Assembly (NCBI GenBank): GCA_902788645.1
Contig: CADAKW010000001.1
Span: forward strand, 20,791-84,790
DNA length: 64,000 bases
Source of the DNA: an uncultured Lachnospiraceae bacterium
GTDB taxonomy: Bacteria > Bacillota > Clostridia > Lachnospirales > Lachnospiraceae
Direction of reading: 5' to 3'
The position numbers and the translations under genes are program-made. The notes under the pieces are model-generated. The model did not search any database. It was given only the letters and a program-made list of their open reading frames with translations, and was not told the DNA's origin. Shown piece by piece: positions 40,569 through 50,184 of the stretch (the first letter of the stretch is position 1; each line of letters opens with the position of its first letter).

Positions 40569-41999
40569 GTGCAGGATAATTTTGAAAAGATGATGAGCGA
40601 TTTTACACACAAGTACAGGGATGTCTGTATTCAGAACAATTCCATTGACAGCAGTCTTTTTGCAGAGTATGGGGTAAAGCGCGGTCTCAGGGACAAAAAC
40701 GGAAAAGGAGTCCTTTCCGGTATTACAAATATTTCTCTGATCAAGGCAAGCGACATCGTAGACGGAAAAGTAAAGCCGTGTGACGGACAGCTTTTTTACC
40801 GTGGATACAATATTTATGATCTGACAAACGGTATGAGAGAGGATAAGCGGTTCGGATTTGAGGAGATCACATATCTTCTGTTGTTTGGCAATCTGCCGAC
40901 CAAGAGTGAGTTAAAGGAGTTCAGTACGATTCTTGCCAAGAACCGCAGACTCCCAACCAACTTTGTCCGTGACGTTATCATGAAGGCACCGAGTCAGGAT
41001 ATTATGAATTCCCTGACCAAGAGTGTACTGACCCTGTCTTCCTATGATGATAAGGTGTCAGATATCAGTCTGGAGAATGTATTGTCACAGTGCCTGATGC
41101 TGATCAGCGTATTCCCGATGCTTTCTGTATACGGTTATCATGCATATAATCATTATGAGAGAGATGAGAGCTTTTATATCCATCGTCCGGATGACAATCT
41201 TTCTGCAGCAGAGAATATTTTGAGAATGCTCCGTCCGGATAAGCAGTATACCGATCTGGAGGCAAAGGTGCTTGATATGGCACTTGTACTTCATATGGAG
41301 CATGGCGGTGGTAACAATTCCACATTTACAACCCGTGTAGTAACATCGGCAGGTTCCGATACGTACTCTGTTATTGCTGCAGCACTTTCTTCCCTGAAGG
41401 GACCAAAGCATGGCGGCGCCAATATTAAGGTAGTGGAGATGATGCGGGATATTAAAGAGCATGTCAGGGATACCACGGATGAGGATGAGGTAAGAGCCTA
41501 TCTCAAGAAGATCCTTCATAAGGAGGCATTTGATCATCGTGGTCTGATCTATGGTATGGGTCATGCCGTATATTCTATTTCTGATCCGAGAGCCGTGGCG
41601 TTCCGTGGTTTTGTGGAGAGACTTGCGACAGAGAAGCATGAAAATAAAGACTTTGCATTGTATTCCATGATCGAGCGAATCGCACCGGAGGTCATCGGTG
41701 AGGAATGTGCGATCTACAAGGGTGTCAGTGCCAATGTGGATTTCTACAGCGGTTTTGTATATACGATGCTTGGCATTCCGACCGAGCTGTTTACTCCGAT
41801 CTTTGCAATGGCGCGTATCGTAGGCTGGAGCGCGCACCGTATGGAGGAGCTGATCAATGTAGATAAGATCATTCGTCCGGCATATCAGAGTATTATGGTA
41901 CAGAAGCCATATGAAAGTCTTTCCGAGCGTAGTACGCCGAAGCTGTCAAGAAAGGACAAGGAGCCGCTGAAAATATCCATGAAGGATGAGAGCTGCTAA
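40569..41999 (+). CDS. gltA: Citrate (methylcitrate) synthase family
   Basis: GQLFYRGY, EHGGGNNSTF, GPKHGGAN, YGMGHAVY, NVDFYSG; GTG start after GAAAGG. Confidence 0.92.
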   Translation: MQDNFEKMMSDFTHKYRDVCIQNNSIDSSLFAEYGVKRGLRDKNGKGVLSGITNISLIKASDIVDGKVKPCDGQLFYRGYNIYDLTNGMREDKRFGFEEITYLLLFGNLPTKSELKEFSTILAKNRRLPTNFVRDVIMKAPSQDIMNSLTKSVLTLSSYDDKVSDISLENVLSQCLMLISVFPMLSVYGYHAYNHYERDESFYIHRPDDNLSAAENILRMLRPDKQYTDLEAKVLDMALVLHMEHGGGNNSTFTTRVVTSAGSDTYSVIAAALSSLKGPKHGGANIKVVEMMRDIKEHVRDTTDEDEVRAYLKKILHKEAFDHRGLIYGMGHAVYSISDPRAVAFRGFVERLATEKHENKDFALYSMIERIAPEVIGEECAIYKGVSANVDFYSGFVYTMLGIPTELFTPIFAMARIVGWSAHRMEELINVDKIIRPAYQSIMVQKPYESLSERSTPKLSRKDKEPLKISMKDESC

Positions 42000-42077
42000 A
42001 AATGTTCTATAGAGCGGTTACAATGCCGGGCAGCGGTGTTTTGTCAGACAGATTTAAAGAAAGGGATAATCACTATT

Positions 42078-42923
42078 ATGTATATAGGAGCTCATATTTC
42101 GGCTTCCAAGGGATTTGAAGCCATGGGAAAGCAGGCATTGGCACTGGGAGCCAACACATTTGCTTTTTTTACAAGAAATCCCCGCGGAGGGAAGGCAAAG
42201 GAGATTGATCAGGCGGATGTTGACAAGCTGTTAGCACTGATGGAAGAGCATCATTTTGGAAAGCTGGTGGCCCATGCACCGTATACCATGAACCTCTGTG
42301 CGGCTAAGGAAAATGTCCGGAGCTTTTCCATTGAGATGTTTCAGGATGATATGAAGAGAATGGAGTATGTGCCGGGAAATTATTACAATTTCCATCCCGG
42401 TTCCCATGTGGGTCAGGGAGCCGAAAAGGGCATTGAACTCATTTCAGAGGCATTGAATGTGTCTCTTTTTCCGGAACAGCAGACAACAGTGCTGCTGGAG
42501 ACCATGGCGGGAAAGGGCAGTGAGGTCGGCCGTAATTTTCAGGAGCTGCGGGAGATCATTGACAGGGTTGAGCTTAACGGAAAGCTGGGCGTCTGTCTGG
42601 ATACCTGCCATATCTGGGATGGCGGCTATAATATCGTAGAGCAGCTGGATGAGGTGCTTCAGGAGTTTGATCAGGTGATCGGACTGGACCGGTTGAAGGC
42701 GGTTCATCTCAATGACAGTATGAATCCTCTGGAGGCTCACAAGGATCGTCATGAGAAGATCGGAGAAGGTCATCTGGGAATTGAGGCGATCACCCGGATC
42801 ATCAATCATCCGGTGCTGAGAGATCTGCCGTTTATTCTGGAGACGCCAAACGACGATGACGGTTATCGCCGGGAGATCGCCCTGCTGCGCAAGTTGTGGG
42901 GAGAGACACCTGCCGGAGCCTGA
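42078..42923 (+). CDS. nfo: Endonuclease IV
   Basis: [39 protein letters not shown]. Confidence 0.96.
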   Translation: MYIGAHISASKGFEAMGKQALALGANTFAFFTRNPRGGKAKEIDQADVDKLLALMEEHHFGKLVAHAPYTMNLCAAKENVRSFSIEMFQDDMKRMEYVPGNYYNFHPGSHVGQGAEKGIELISEALNVSLFPEQQTTVLLETMAGKGSEVGRNFQELREIIDRVELNGKLGVCLDTCHIWDGGYNIVEQLDEVLQEFDQVIGLDRLKAVHLNDSMNPLEAHKDRHEKIGEGHLGIEAITRIINHPVLRDLPFILETPNDDDGYRREIALLRKLWGETPAGA

Positions 42924-43088
42924 TAAAGAATTTTAATAAATTTGTAATTTATGATACCCATGGGATATGTTATTCTATATAGAGACAGATTCCATGGGTG
43001 TTTTTGCATGGGATTTCCTGAAAACATAAATGAGCATGGACATGATCGCAGACAGATCGGGGGTTATGGTCCGGAGGGGGAGATGAAA

Positions 43089-43793
43089 ATGAGCGAGAAT
43101 ACAGCAACGATCCTGGTGGCGGATGATGATCCGGATATTGCAGAGCTGGTGGAGATCAATCTGGCGGGAGAGGGTTTTCGTGTATTTAAGGCGTATGATG
43201 GAGCGGAAGCATTACAGGTATTTGGCAGGGAGAAAATTGATCTGGCCATTTTAGATATCATGATGCCGGGCATTGACGGGATTCAGGTTTGCGAACGGAT
43301 CCGGGAGTTTAGTACCATTCCGGTGATCATGCTGAGTGCCCGGGATTCCGAGAAAGATAAAGTGACCGGTCTGGAGATCGGGGCAGATGATTATGTGACA
43401 AAACCGTTTCAGACAGGAGAACTGGCGGCAAGAGTGAAGTCGCAGCTGAGGCGTTATCAAAGATTTGGAGCACAGGATCCGGCAGAGAAAACCGATGAGA
43501 TACAGCTGGAGGATCTATATATTGACAAGAAGACGCACTCCGTGAAGGCTTTTGGCAATCCGGTCCGGCTGACTCATCTGGAGTTTGAAATACTTTACCT
43601 GCTGGCGTCCCATCCGGGCAAGGTGTTTAGCACGGATGAGATATTCGAAACAGTCTGGAGGGAAAAAAGCTTTGATATGAGCAATACCGTGATGGTTCAT
43701 ATCAGACGTCTGAGGGAGAAGCTGGAGGGAAAACAGAGAAAGGCCCAGATCATTAAGACGGTCTGGGGAGTGGGGTATAAAATTGAGGCTTGA
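43089..43793 (+). CDS. OmpR-family response regulator (VanR-like)
   Basis: ILVADDD, LDIMMPG, GADDYVTKPF, NTVMVHIRRLREK, TVWGVGY. Confidence 0.94.
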   Translation: MSENTATILVADDDPDIAELVEINLAGEGFRVFKAYDGAEALQVFGREKIDLAILDIMMPGIDGIQVCERIREFSTIPVIMLSARDSEKDKVTGLEIGADDYVTKPFQTGELAARVKSQLRRYQRFGAQDPAEKTDEIQLEDLYIDKKTHSVKAFGNPVRLTHLEFEILYLLASHPGKVFSTDEIFETVWREKSFDMSNTVMVHIRRLREKLEGKQRKAQIIKTVWGVGYKIEA

Positions 43794-44961
43794 TCATTGG
43801 AAGAGTCTGCGGATCAAACTGGTCGGGTATGGGACGGCCAGCCTGATCCTTGCGGCAGTCACAGAGGGCATACTGGCAAGTTTGTTGTATCTGGTTTCTA
43901 CGGTTCTGGGAGTATCCGGCCGGGATTCCGTCTATAACAACTCTTCCGGGCTTTCGGAAAGTGTGGAGGGGCAGTTGACAGGGAGAACCTCTGACATGAG
44001 GAGGACACTGCTTCGCATGCTTGAAAACGTGGGCAATGATACATTGTATACGATTGCTGTCGTAGCGGTGGCGGTTGGCCTGCTGCTGTTTATATTATAT
44101 TTTCTTCTTTTAACAAGAAAAGTAACAAGTGATCTGTCGGATATTGCAGATGGGATCAGTTCCCTGACCCGTGACAGCGGTGTGGACAGTCTGCCGGTGG
44201 AAAGACAGGATGAGATTGGAGAGATCGCGCGGTCTGTCAATCAGATGACCGGGGAGATGTCAAGACTGATGGAGTCAGAACGGGAGGCGCTGCAGTCCAA
44301 TAAGGAGATGATTGCCTGTCTGGCACACGATCTGAGAACACCTCTGACATCGTTGAGCGGCTATCTGAATCTTTTGATGGATACAGAAAAATATGATGCA
44401 GAGCAGAGGCAGCATTTTGCAGAGGTAGCGGCACAGAAGGCGGACCGGCTGGAGGGGCTGATCCAGGATCTGTTTGATTATACAAAGCTTATGAGTGGGG
44501 AGATCACGCTGCATCGTCAAAGAATTGATCTGGTAAAGCTGGTGGAGCAGATGGTAGAGGAGTTTTACCCGCTTCTGGAGGAAAATAAACTTACCTGCAG
44601 TTTTCAGACAGAATGCCGGGAATTAGAAATGGATCTGGATCCGGATCTGATGGCAAGGGCAGTGCAAAACCTGTTAAGTAATGCAGTGAAATACGGAAGA
44701 GATGGCAAACAGATCAATATCCTGCTGGAAAAGGGACAGGGAGTACGGCTTTCTGTGACGAATTATGGTCTGATCATACCGGAGGAAAGCCTGAACATGA
44801 TATTTGAACGGTTTTACAGAGTGGAAGGCGCCAGATCACCCGGAACGGGCGGAACCGGTCTGGGACTCAATATTGCTAAGGAGATCATAACACTTCATGG
44901 TGGAAATATTACGGTGGAGAGCAGTCTGCAGGGGACAACGTTTGCGGTGGAGCTGCCATAG
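43783..44961 (+). CDS. HAMP-domain sensor histidine kinase
   Basis: 2 TMs, DEIGEIA HAMP, AHDLRTPLT, NLLSNAVKY, GGTGLGL. Confidence 0.93.
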   Translation: MRLDHWKSLRIKLVGYGTASLILAAVTEGILASLLYLVSTVLGVSGRDSVYNNSSGLSESVEGQLTGRTSDMRRTLLRMLENVGNDTLYTIAVVAVAVGLLLFILYFLLLTRKVTSDLSDIADGISSLTRDSGVDSLPVERQDEIGEIARSVNQMTGEMSRLMESEREALQSNKEMIACLAHDLRTPLTSLSGYLNLLMDTEKYDAEQRQHFAEVAAQKADRLEGLIQDLFDYTKLMSGEITLHRQRIDLVKLVEQMVEEFYPLLEENKLTCSFQTECRELEMDLDPDLMARAVQNLLSNAVKYGRDGKQINILLEKGQGVRLSVTNYGLIIPEESLNMIFERFYRVEGARSPGTGGTGLGLNIAKEIITLHGGNITVESSLQGTTFAVELP

Positions 44962-45046
44962 TGCGACAGCCTATGCGGTGCTTTTCTGATTTTATGCAGG
45001 CGGGAAGATTTTCCTTGAAAACAGAAATGCTGGAGGATATACAGGC

Positions 45047-47404
45047 GTGAGAAAATATTGGAAATATATACTAAAAGGCACATTCTGGATCATGCTGGTT
45101 CTGGTGGGCGTAACACTTTTGTACCGGCTGGAAAATGATGGCAGCCGTGAAGAAAAGTCACACAGGGAGACTTACTTAAGCAGAAGCATGACGTTCACAA
45201 GAGGAAACATTCATGTGGATATTGAGGTGGGCTTTGATAATAAAATACGGGTGGGCAGATATGTACAATTGACGGCGCAGATCAGAAATACCGGAGGCGA
45301 CTTTGAAGGGATGATCCGGGCATCACTGGATGCACCGGCGCAAAATTACGAAAGAGCTTTTGAAATCTCCAGAAAAAAAAGCCAGACGATCCACATGTAT
45401 CTGCCGGTCACGAAGGATGATGACATCATAGAGGTTAAAGTGCTTCAGGGAGAGGATCGGATCCTGTATTCCGGCAAAATATGGCTGGATTCTGACGTGA
45501 ATGAAGATGATATTTATGTGGGAGTCTGTTGTAAAGATTCCAACAGTATGAAATACATGGAAGGAGCCGATACCAATGTAACATATCTGTCTTTAGAGGA
45601 AATACCGGTGGACATCCGCGGGCTTGACTGGCTTGACGTGCTGGTGGCAAGTAATGTGGATCTGCAGACATTACAGGAGGATCAGCTCCGGGCGATCATT
45701 AACTGGGTTCGCAGCGGAGGAACCCTTGTGCTTGCCGATTCCGGGGAGGCGAGGGAGATCACACCGTTCCGTGGAAAATTATTTGAGTGGCGAAAGGTTG
45801 ACGTTTCGGACATATATACAAATTTTGGTGTCAAAAAAAAGGATATCAGAAGAGTAAAGGAAAATCTTCAGAAGGAAGAAAAGGCAGCGAAGATACAGGA
45901 AGTAAAAAAATTTTTGAGAAATAATCTATCATACAGATTATATCAAAAGTGGAAGTCACAGATCAATAAGCTGGAGGAATATCCGGATTGTGTCAGGGAA
46001 GATGGGGAGATATATAAACATCTCAGAAGATCATTCACGAGCACAATGCTGAAGGAATTCTTGTCTCTTGATCTGTCAGAGGAAGAAAAAAAAGCAGCCC
46101 TGCAGAAAATTTCAATTAAAAAGATTCATATGGAGCTTCAGGAGCTGCAAATTGATGACGGTAATGTGATATTAAAAGCAAAAGGAGGAAAGCCTGTTTT
46201 TTCTGAAAAAGCAGTTGGAACGGGAAAAGTCATTATCAGTGGAGTCTCTTTGCAATTGCCTTCAAGATATTGGGACGCACAGGGAAAATACATTAAAAAC
46301 ATTATTCTGGAGCACCGGGCCGACAGAGAAAATGTGACAGAGGGAACCGCAAAGAAAAACACAGAGGATGAAATATATAATAAAGGACTGCAGATCACAA
46401 GCTGGAATAAAATGCCTAATTTAAAGCTGTACCTGATCTTTCTGGCTGTATATATTATATTGATCGGTCCTGTGGCGTGCATTGTTCTGATGGGCTCTAA
46501 ACACCGGATCATGATATGGGGGATCATACCCATCGGTGCCCTGGTATTTTCGATGCTCATCTATCTTACGGGAACCAGCACCAGACTGGAAGGGCAGTGC
46601 GTGAATTATCTGAATCAGATCACATTGGGAGAGAGTGGTGTGGGGATATTAAAAAGCAATTTCAGGGTTGTTCATGATGGGACGGGACAATATGACCTGT
46701 CTATAGACGGAGGTCCGTTTATGGATTACGGGACGATGATCAGAAATGTTCCAAGTGATGTCGGACAGGGGATGGTCCTGCGGCAGGGGGAGGGAAAAAC
46801 AACGGTTTCGCTGGGCAAGATCCCCTGTTTTGAAGGAATCAATCTGTACAGCCAGACATCTGTGCGGTTTGAGGGAGATGTCGAGGCCAATATATCTATT
46901 ATAGATCTGCAGCTTTTAGGAAGTCTGGAAAACAAGTTTTGTGACACACTGGAGGATTGTGTGATATATCACAATGGCGTTTTATATTATCTCGGAGATC
47001 TGTCCGGAAAAGAGGTGTACACGCTGGGAGGGGTCGACCAGACGGAACGATATTATCCGAAGGATGATAAAAACAATTATGAACGGCTTGCACAGAAGCT
47101 GTTTGGCAGAGAGAAGAAACGTAAGGTTACGAGAGAAATGATCAAAAGGCGCTGGGCGCTTCTGGAGGCATGCATTGAAAATGCGGATGTCTCAGACAGC
47201 TTCTTTTATGGATTTATACCGGAGGGAGAAGAGATTACGGGATGGTATGATACCCAGAAAGCAAAACAGCAGAACATGCTTGGCGGTATCGAACAGCTTT
47301 CCGGCATCAGATATGGAGAGACGGGGATCCTGCGGCCGATCACTGTTCAGCAGGACCCGGATCGTGAAGATGGGGATCATCGGATCCTGCGGGGAGGTGA
47401 TTGA
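45047..47404 (+). CDS. Large membrane protein associated with an ABC-2 system
   Basis: N-terminal TM, class I GATase-like segment (LDVLV...AIINWVRSGGTLVL), internal TM pair (YIILIGP...WGIIP). Confidence 0.7.
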   Translation: MRKYWKYILKGTFWIMLVLVGVTLLYRLENDGSREEKSHRETYLSRSMTFTRGNIHVDIEVGFDNKIRVGRYVQLTAQIRNTGGDFEGMIRASLDAPAQNYERAFEISRKKSQTIHMYLPVTKDDDIIEVKVLQGEDRILYSGKIWLDSDVNEDDIYVGVCCKDSNSMKYMEGADTNVTYLSLEEIPVDIRGLDWLDVLVASNVDLQTLQEDQLRAIINWVRSGGTLVLADSGEAREITPFRGKLFEWRKVDVSDIYTNFGVKKKDIRRVKENLQKEEKAAKIQEVKKFLRNNLSYRLYQKWKSQINKLEEYPDCVREDGEIYKHLRRSFTSTMLKEFLSLDLSEEEKKAALQKISIKKIHMELQELQIDDGNVILKAKGGKPVFSEKAVGTGKVIISGVSLQLPSRYWDAQGKYIKNIILEHRADRENVTEGTAKKNTEDEIYNKGLQITSWNKMPNLKLYLIFLAVYIILIGPVACIVLMGSKHRIMIWGIIPIGALVFSMLIYLTGTSTRLEGQCVNYLNQITLGESGVGILKSNFRVVHDGTGQYDLSIDGGPFMDYGTMIRNVPSDVGQGMVLRQGEGKTTVSLGKIPCFEGINLYSQTSVRFEGDVEANISIIDLQLLGSLENKFCDTLEDCVIYHNGVLYYLGDLSGKEVYTLGGVDQTERYYPKDDKNNYERLAQKLFGREKKRKVTREMIKRRWALLEACIENADVSDSFFYGFIPEGEEITGWYDTQKAKQQNMLGGIEQLSGIRYGETGILRPITVQQDPDREDGDHRILRGGD

Positions 47405-48321
47405 GTATGCTGAAATTACAGAAGGTGAAGAAAAGCTATGGACGAAAGATGGTGTTAGATCAGCTTGATCTGGAGGTGGAGAATGGGACGATCTTTGGGA
47501 TCACCGGGGGAGCCGGAGCAGGAAAAACTATGCTGTGCCGCATGATAGCAGGATTGATCCCGGCGGATGAAGGAAAGATCATGGCTGCCGGAGAGGATAT
47601 GGCACATGATCCGGAAAATATACGGAAAAAAGTGGGATATGTTCCGAAAGAATTTGGACGATACAGAGATATGGATCCGGAGGAATATCTGGATTATTAT
47701 GGGAGGCTGTATGGTCTCAGCGGGGAACACACCGGGGAGAAGATCGAAAAGTTACTGGAAATGGTGGGGCTGGCGGCGCAAAAACAGGTACAGGTGGAAA
47801 AGCTGAAGCTCTGTGAAAAAAAGAGGTTGGCACTGGCGAGATGTCTGTTGGAGGATATTGATGTGCTTGTGCTGGATGATTTTCTGGTGGATCTGGATCC
47901 CAGGGAGAGAAAGGAGATCGATCCGCTGCTGTTTCAGATCAGAGATATGGGAAAAGCCGTTTTGATCAGTTCTCCCAGCTTTTCTGCGTTGACGGGAGAG
48001 GAAGAAAGTCTTGGTATCCTGCAGGAGGGAAAAATCGTCGTGCAGGGATCTCTGGAGGAGATATCGGAGCAGGTCAACCGCTCCAATCCGTTGGAGCTTG
48101 TGATCGCAGAGAAAAGCACCAAGGCAATAGAGGTTCTGAAAGAGGAGGATACTGTGACCCGTATTTCCATAGATGGCCATAAAATACTGGCCGGTTTTCA
48201 GGGGACGCAGGAGGATCAGGTCAGGATATTGAGATGTCTTATGGAACAGGGGGTTCCGGTGATCTCCTTTCAACGTCGCAAAAGTGATCTGGAATCTGTA
48301 TTCTGGAAAATGACGGAGTAA
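47401..48321 (+). CDS. ABC ATP-binding protein with degenerate motifs
   Basis: GGAGAGKT; signature replaced by LKLCEKKRL; Walker B LVLDD; H-loop ISSP. Confidence 0.85.
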   Translation: MSMLKLQKVKKSYGRKMVLDQLDLEVENGTIFGITGGAGAGKTMLCRMIAGLIPADEGKIMAAGEDMAHDPENIRKKVGYVPKEFGRYRDMDPEEYLDYYGRLYGLSGEHTGEKIEKLLEMVGLAAQKQVQVEKLKLCEKKRLALARCLLEDIDVLVLDDFLVDLDPRERKEIDPLLFQIRDMGKAVLISSPSFSALTGEEESLGILQEGKIVVQGSLEEISEQVNRSNPLELVIAEKSTKAIEVLKEEDTVTRISIDGHKILAGFQGTQEDQVRILRCLMEQGVPVISFQRRKSDLESVFWKMTE

Positions 48322-48336
48322 GAAAAGAGGATAAAT

Positions 48337-49212
48337 ATGAAATTACAGATCAATCCGTTTTTGTACCGGGAAATGAGGCGGTATGCAGGATCCCGGAAAT
48401 TTTATATATGGCTGTTTATATATGAGGCTTTTCTGACAGTAGTAACAGGCGTAGGCTATCATATCGCACTTCATACGAGCTGGGATCAGATCATGAATTA
48501 TTCCGGTGCAGCATATGTGTATTTTATTCTGGCAGGTATTTTGGGACTGATTGTTTTGCTGATCGTCCCGTCCTTTGCTGCAGGCAGTCTGGCATCAGAA
48601 TGGGAAGACCGGACCATGGAGCTTTTGCTGGCGGCTTCGGTGAAACCGTCAGAAATCGTGGTGGGCAAGCTGCTGTCGTCCGTTTGTCTGGCAATACTTT
48701 TGGTAGTGGCAGGCATGCCTTTTCTATCAGTGGCATTTATCGTTGGAGGGATTCAAAAAAAGCATTTGATCCAATTTCTTCTGCTTCTGGTCATGGAATC
48801 TGTTTTCATTGGCAGTATAGGGGTGAGTCTGTCAGCCGCCTGCCAAAAGGTGGATATGGCAGGGCTTCAGTCCTATGCTGCATCTATGGGACTTTTTGTG
48901 GGAACTGCGCTGGTCGCGGTTGTCGTTTATATTATTGAAAGGACATCACAGGGAGGCGGAGATATTGTGCAGAAGGGGGGTTTTGGAGGAGTAATGCTGA
49001 TACTGCTATTCAATCCTCTGATCACGATGGCTTCTTTATTGACAGACCAGATGGGATACAGGAATAAATTTCAGGAGCTTCTTTGTGTGCTGGGACCGGT
49101 GCCGGAGTTTGTTATGATGCATTGGTGTCTGATCAGTATTTTGATACAGATGATGGTTTCGATTATATTGCTGATCCTGTCAAAACGGAAGGTAGAAAAA
49201 TATTATTTATAA
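48337..49212 (+). CDS. ABC-2 type permease
   Basis: AGSLASEWEDRTMELLL...EIVVGKL, 6-7 TMs. Confidence 0.85.
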   Translation: MKLQINPFLYREMRRYAGSRKFYIWLFIYEAFLTVVTGVGYHIALHTSWDQIMNYSGAAYVYFILAGILGLIVLLIVPSFAAGSLASEWEDRTMELLLAASVKPSEIVVGKLLSSVCLAILLVVAGMPFLSVAFIVGGIQKKHLIQFLLLLVMESVFIGSIGVSLSAACQKVDMAGLQSYAASMGLFVGTALVAVVVYIIERTSQGGGDIVQKGGFGGVMLILLFNPLITMASLLTDQMGYRNKFQELLCVLGPVPEFVMMHWCLISILIQMMVSIILLILSKRKVEKYYL

Positions 49213-49240
49213 GTCGGTAAAATTGGGACAGGATTTTCTA

Positions 49241-49269
49241 TTGACGGGGGATAAGACTGGGGGTAAGAT
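49241..49269 (+). promoter_or_regulatory. sigA promoter of proB
   Basis: TTGACG-N17-TAAGAT. Confidence 0.65.
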
Positions 49270-49341
49270 AGACAGGTGACGCAAACTATGATCCGGTGGC
49301 AATCCGGTTGCCGGATCCCCGGATAGAAGAGGAGAAATATT

Positions 49342-50133
49342 GTGAGAAAGATAAGTGAGAGAAAAAGAGTTGTAGTAAAGGTTGGAACATCCACACTGAC
49401 CCATCGTACCGGACGGTTGAATATCAGACGCGTGGAGAATCTGGTCAAGACACTGGCAGATCTGCAGAATGCGGGACATGAGATCGTACTGGTATCCAGC
49501 GGAGCCATAGCGCTTGGTATGGGAAAGCTTGGCATGACTGAGAGACCCTCCGATACGCCGGGTAAACAGGCATGTGCCGCTGTGGGACAGTGTGAGCTGA
49601 TGTATATGTATGATAAATTTTTTGCTGATTACAGTATTGTAGTGGCACAGATGCTTCTGACAAAGTATGTTCTTCTGGAGGACCGCAGACAGCATGTAGT
49701 CAATTCCATGGAGAGGCTGCTGTCCCAGGGCGTGATCCCGATCGTGAATGAGAATGATACTGTAGCGATCGATGAGCTGGAGCTGGAAGTGGGCGAGAAT
49801 GATTCCCTGGCTGCAAATGTAGCAACGATCGCCAAGGCAGATCTGCTGGTGATCATGTCCGATATTGATGGTTTGTATGATAAGGATCCCCATGTCCATG
49901 AAAATGCCAATCTGATCCCTGAGGTCGGGGAGATCACGGACGATATCCGCAGTCTGGCTGGCGGAGCAGGCTCTGCACTTGGTACCGGTGGTATGGCAAC
50001 CAAGATCAAAGCAGTGGAGATCGCACATGCGGCGGATATAGATGTGGTTCTTATGAACGGCAAAAATCCCCACAAGCTCTATGATCTTTTTGAAGACCAG
50101 CCGGTAGGGACTCTGTTTGCAAAGAGAAAATAA
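49342..50133 (+). CDS. proB: Glutamate 5-kinase (short form, no PUA domain)
   Basis: VVKVGTS, VSSGAI, PIVNENDTV, GENDSL, GTGGMATK. Confidence 0.96.
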   Translation: MRKISERKRVVVKVGTSTLTHRTGRLNIRRVENLVKTLADLQNAGHEIVLVSSGAIALGMGKLGMTERPSDTPGKQACAAVGQCELMYMYDKFFADYSIVVAQMLLTKYVLLEDRRQHVVNSMERLLSQGVIPIVNENDTVAIDELELEVGENDSLAANVATIAKADLLVIMSDIDGLYDKDPHVHENANLIPEVGEITDDIRSLAGGAGSALGTGGMATKIKAVEIAHAADIDVVLMNGKNPHKLYDLFEDQPVGTLFAKRK

Positions 50134-50149
50134 TGATTGAAACGATAAA

Positions 50150-50181
50150 AAATCCCACAAGCCATTGTGCCTGTGGGATTT
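50150..50181. terminator. Bidirectional terminator
   Basis: AAATCCCACA-N12-TGTGGGATTT between convergent genes. Confidence 0.75.
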
Positions 50182-50184
50182 GTG

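Noticed and set aside
42957-43047. Several CATGG(G) motifs upstream of the VanR-like regulator
   Set aside because: Short, irregularly spaced, and could arise by chance
43089-44961. Possible vancomycin-resistance locus
   Set aside because: No vanH/A/X/Y or D-Ala ligase genes adjacent; generic OmpR-family two-component system
49207-50160. Long antisense ORFs (e.g. 49207..50160, 4572..5438, 26023..26826, 34855..35709, 41085..41837)
   Set aside because: Shadow frames opposite well-supported genes, with no RBS or recognisable motifs
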